Shown one piece after another: positions 61,887-64,000 of a stretch of 64,000 nt of DNA (the stretch's first letter is position 1; each line of letters starts with the position of its first letter). The notes below the pieces were generated by a model. That model was not told the DNA's origin and did no database searches. It saw only the letters and a program-made list of their open reading frames with translations. This DNA comes from Gammaproteobacteria bacterium. Lineage in GTDB: Bacteria; Pseudomonadota; Gammaproteobacteria; Eutrophobiales; Eutrophobiaceae. A program made the translations under genes and the position numbers. The stretch spans positions 1,024,001-1,088,000 of the forward strand of contig OZ220696.1 in NCBI GenBank assembly GCA_965116495.1. Direction: 5' to 3'.

Positions 61887-62267
61887 ATGACGAACTCGCA
61901 AACTCCACTGTCGCCTTTTTTGCAGTACAGGCCGCAGTTGACATCGATGCTGTCCATCTCGCACCGCATCACGGGAGTGTTCCTGTGCGCCGGGGCGGTG
62001 TTGTTGAGTTGCTGGCTGGTGTCGGTTGCCGCGGGGGCGGAGGTATATTCCACGGTCAACCAGCATGTCACTGCCTGGTACGGTCAGGTTGTCGTTATCG
62101 GCTTTGTGTTCTCACTCTACTACCACTTGTGCAACGGCATCCGGCACCTGTTCTGGGATATGGGTATGGGGCTGGAAATCACAACCACCTATCGTAGCGG
62201 CTATGCGGTGCTGATTACCACGATATTACTGACGATCATGACCTTCAGTGCCGGGAGTATCCCGTGA
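61887..62267 (+). CDS. sdhC: Succinate dehydrogenase cytochrome b556 subunit
   Basis: PLSP, SISHRITG, HLCNGIRHLFWD. Confidence 0.95.
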   Translation: MTNSQTPLSPFLQYRPQLTSMLSISHRITGVFLCAGAVLLSCWLVSVAAGAEVYSTVNQHVTAWYGQVVVIGFVFSLYYHLCNGIRHLFWDMGMGLEITTTYRSGYAVLITTILLTIMTFSAGSIP

Positions 62268-62635
62268 TCAGACGGCTCCTGTTTCCCCGGGCCGGAAGTA
62301 CCGGAGAAAATATCCGGCGCTGGTGGTACCAGCGGCTTTCCGCGGTTGCCCTGCTGCCACTCTCGTTGTGGTTCATCTATGACTTGTCCGCGCTGGCGTC
62401 ACTGGAATATACCGTGGTGCGGGATTGGCTGGCAACGCCGTCCAGCGTTGTCCTGTTCATCCTGCTCATTCCCACCCTGTTTTATCACGCCCAGTCCGGC
62501 ATGCAGGAGGTCATCGAAGACTACATTGCAAGTGAGCAGCAAAAGATGGCGGCTGTATTCGTGGTGAAGTTTTTGGCAATGCTGTGCGCACTCGCTTCCA
62601 TGCTGGCCGTAACGGCAATCCACCTGGGCCTGTGA
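62264..62635 (+). CDS. sdhD: Succinate dehydrogenase membrane anchor
   Basis: [24 protein letters not shown]. Confidence 0.92.
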   Translation: MIRRLLFPRAGSTGENIRRWWYQRLSAVALLPLSLWFIYDLSALASLEYTVVRDWLATPSSVVLFILLIPTLFYHAQSGMQEVIEDYIASEQQKMAAVFVVKFLAMLCALASMLAVTAIHLGL

Positions 62636-62637
62636 TA

Positions 62638-64000
62638 ATGAGCGCAGCCTACCAGTTCATTCAGCATGAATACGATATTGTCGTGGTAGGCGCCGGTGGC
62701 GCCGGGTTGCGCGCCACCTTCGGCATGGCCGAGAAAGAGCTGAAAACGGCTTGCATCACCAAGGTCTTTCCCACCCGCAGCCACACCGTTGCGGCCCAGG
62801 GCGGCATGAGCGCGGCCCTGGGCACATGGGTGAAGACGACTGGCGCTGGCACATGTACGATACCGTCAAGGGGTCGGACTGGCTGGGTGACCAGGATGCC
62901 ATTGAATATATGTGCAAGGAGGCTGCTGCTGCCGTGATCGAACTGGAACATTACGGCGTCCCCTTCTCGCGTACCACGGACGGCAAGATTTACCAGCGTC
63001 CTTTCGGCGGCATGACGACCAACTTCGGTGAAGGCACGGCGCAGCGTACCTGCGCCGCCGCCGACCGCACCGGTCACGCCATCCTGCATACCCTGTACCA
63101 GCAGTCCCTGAAGCATAACGCCGAGTTTTTCGTCGAATATTTTGCCATCGACCTGATCATGGACGATGAAGGCGTGTGTCGGGGTGTCCTGGCCTGGGAC
63201 CTGGAGAAGGGCGACCTGCACTGCTTTCGCGCCCACACCGTGGTCCTGGCTACGGGGGGGTATGGACGCGCCTATTTCTCCTGTACCTCCGCCCATACCT
63301 GCACCGGTGACGGCAATGCCATGATACTGCGCGCCGGCCTGCCTTTGCAGGACATGGAATTCGTCCAATTCCATCCTACCGGCATTTACGGCGCCGGGGT
63401 GCTGATTACCGAAGGAGTGCGCGGCGAGGGTGGCTACCTGACCAATTCGGAGGGTGAAAGATTCATGGAGCGTTACGCCCCCAATGCCAAAGACCTGGCC
63501 TCCCGGGACGTGGTCAGCCGCTCCATGACCATGGAAATCCGGGAGGGGCGCGGGATTGGCCCGGAACGGGACCACCTCCACCTGCACCTGGAACACCTGG
63601 GACCGGATGTGATCAACGAACGCCTGCCCGGGATCGCGGAGTCGGCCCACATTTTCGCCGGAGTGGACGTTTCCAGGGCACCCATTCCCGTCCTGCCTAC
63701 GGTGCATTACAACATGGGTGGGATCCCGACCAACTACCACGGACAGATGGTCACGTTGAAGGACGGCAATCCCGACAGTATCGCCCCCGGCCTCATGGCC
63801 ATCGGGGAAGCGGCCTGCGTATCGGTCCACGGCGCCAATCGTCTCGGCTCAAACAGCCTGCTGGACCTCATCGTGTTCGGCCGCGCCGCGGCCCTGTGTG
63901 CCGCCCGCGAAGTCAAACCCGGCGCTCCCCACAAACCCCTGGGCGCCGCGACGACAGAGCAGTCCCTGGCGCGCTTCGACCGCCTTCGTTATGCCGGCGG
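62638..64000 (+). CDS. sdhA: Succinate dehydrogenase flavoprotein (runs off the window; apparent 1-nt deletion near 62824)
   Basis: [19 protein letters not shown], then in the shifted frame [30 protein letters not shown]; adding one A restores ALGNMGEDDW. Confidence 0.93.

Noticed and set aside
62661-63830. 389-aa minus-strand ORF and other long antisense ORFs (e.g. 35854-36819, 39552-40523, 44608-45546, 50619-51545)
   Set aside because: They are shadows of well-supported genes on the opposite strand and show no recognisable motifs.

Overview
Chromosomal window from a Gammaproteobacterium, inferred from uvrC-pgsA-tRNA-Gly-tRNA-Cys, tRNA-Ser-yccA, ftsK-lolA-rarA-serS, pntAB, ubiG-gph and sdhCDA synteny. 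The RTX protein, many toxin-antitoxin (TA) pairs and kinase remnants suggest a host-associated or marine lineage, but that is inference. Four parts stand out. (1) About 0.3-18.6 kb is a minus-strand accessory cluster next to tRNA-Cys and an IS3 remnant. It encodes an NTF2-like protein, a dimethylformamidase-beta-like protein, a glutamine-synthetase-like ligase, a TonB receptor, two Bcr/CflA exporters, a TetM-like GTPase, an SDR, hydantoinase/oxoprolinase A and B, an FAD amine oxidase and an amidase. (2) About 22-32 kb is a decaying island 3' of tRNA-Ser with an RTX protein, three TA pairs and kinase/FHA/PP2C remnants. (3) The tRNA-Ser leader holds a 155-bp tandem array of tRNA 5' fragments, each split in the D-loop by a 72-nt four-hairpin insert. 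(4) The housekeeping genes are interspersed with several families of short inverted-repeat elements. ftsK and sdhA each carry a 1-nt deletion that is most likely a sequencing error. No CRISPR array or rRNA was seen. All calls are from motif recognition by eye; no searches were run.
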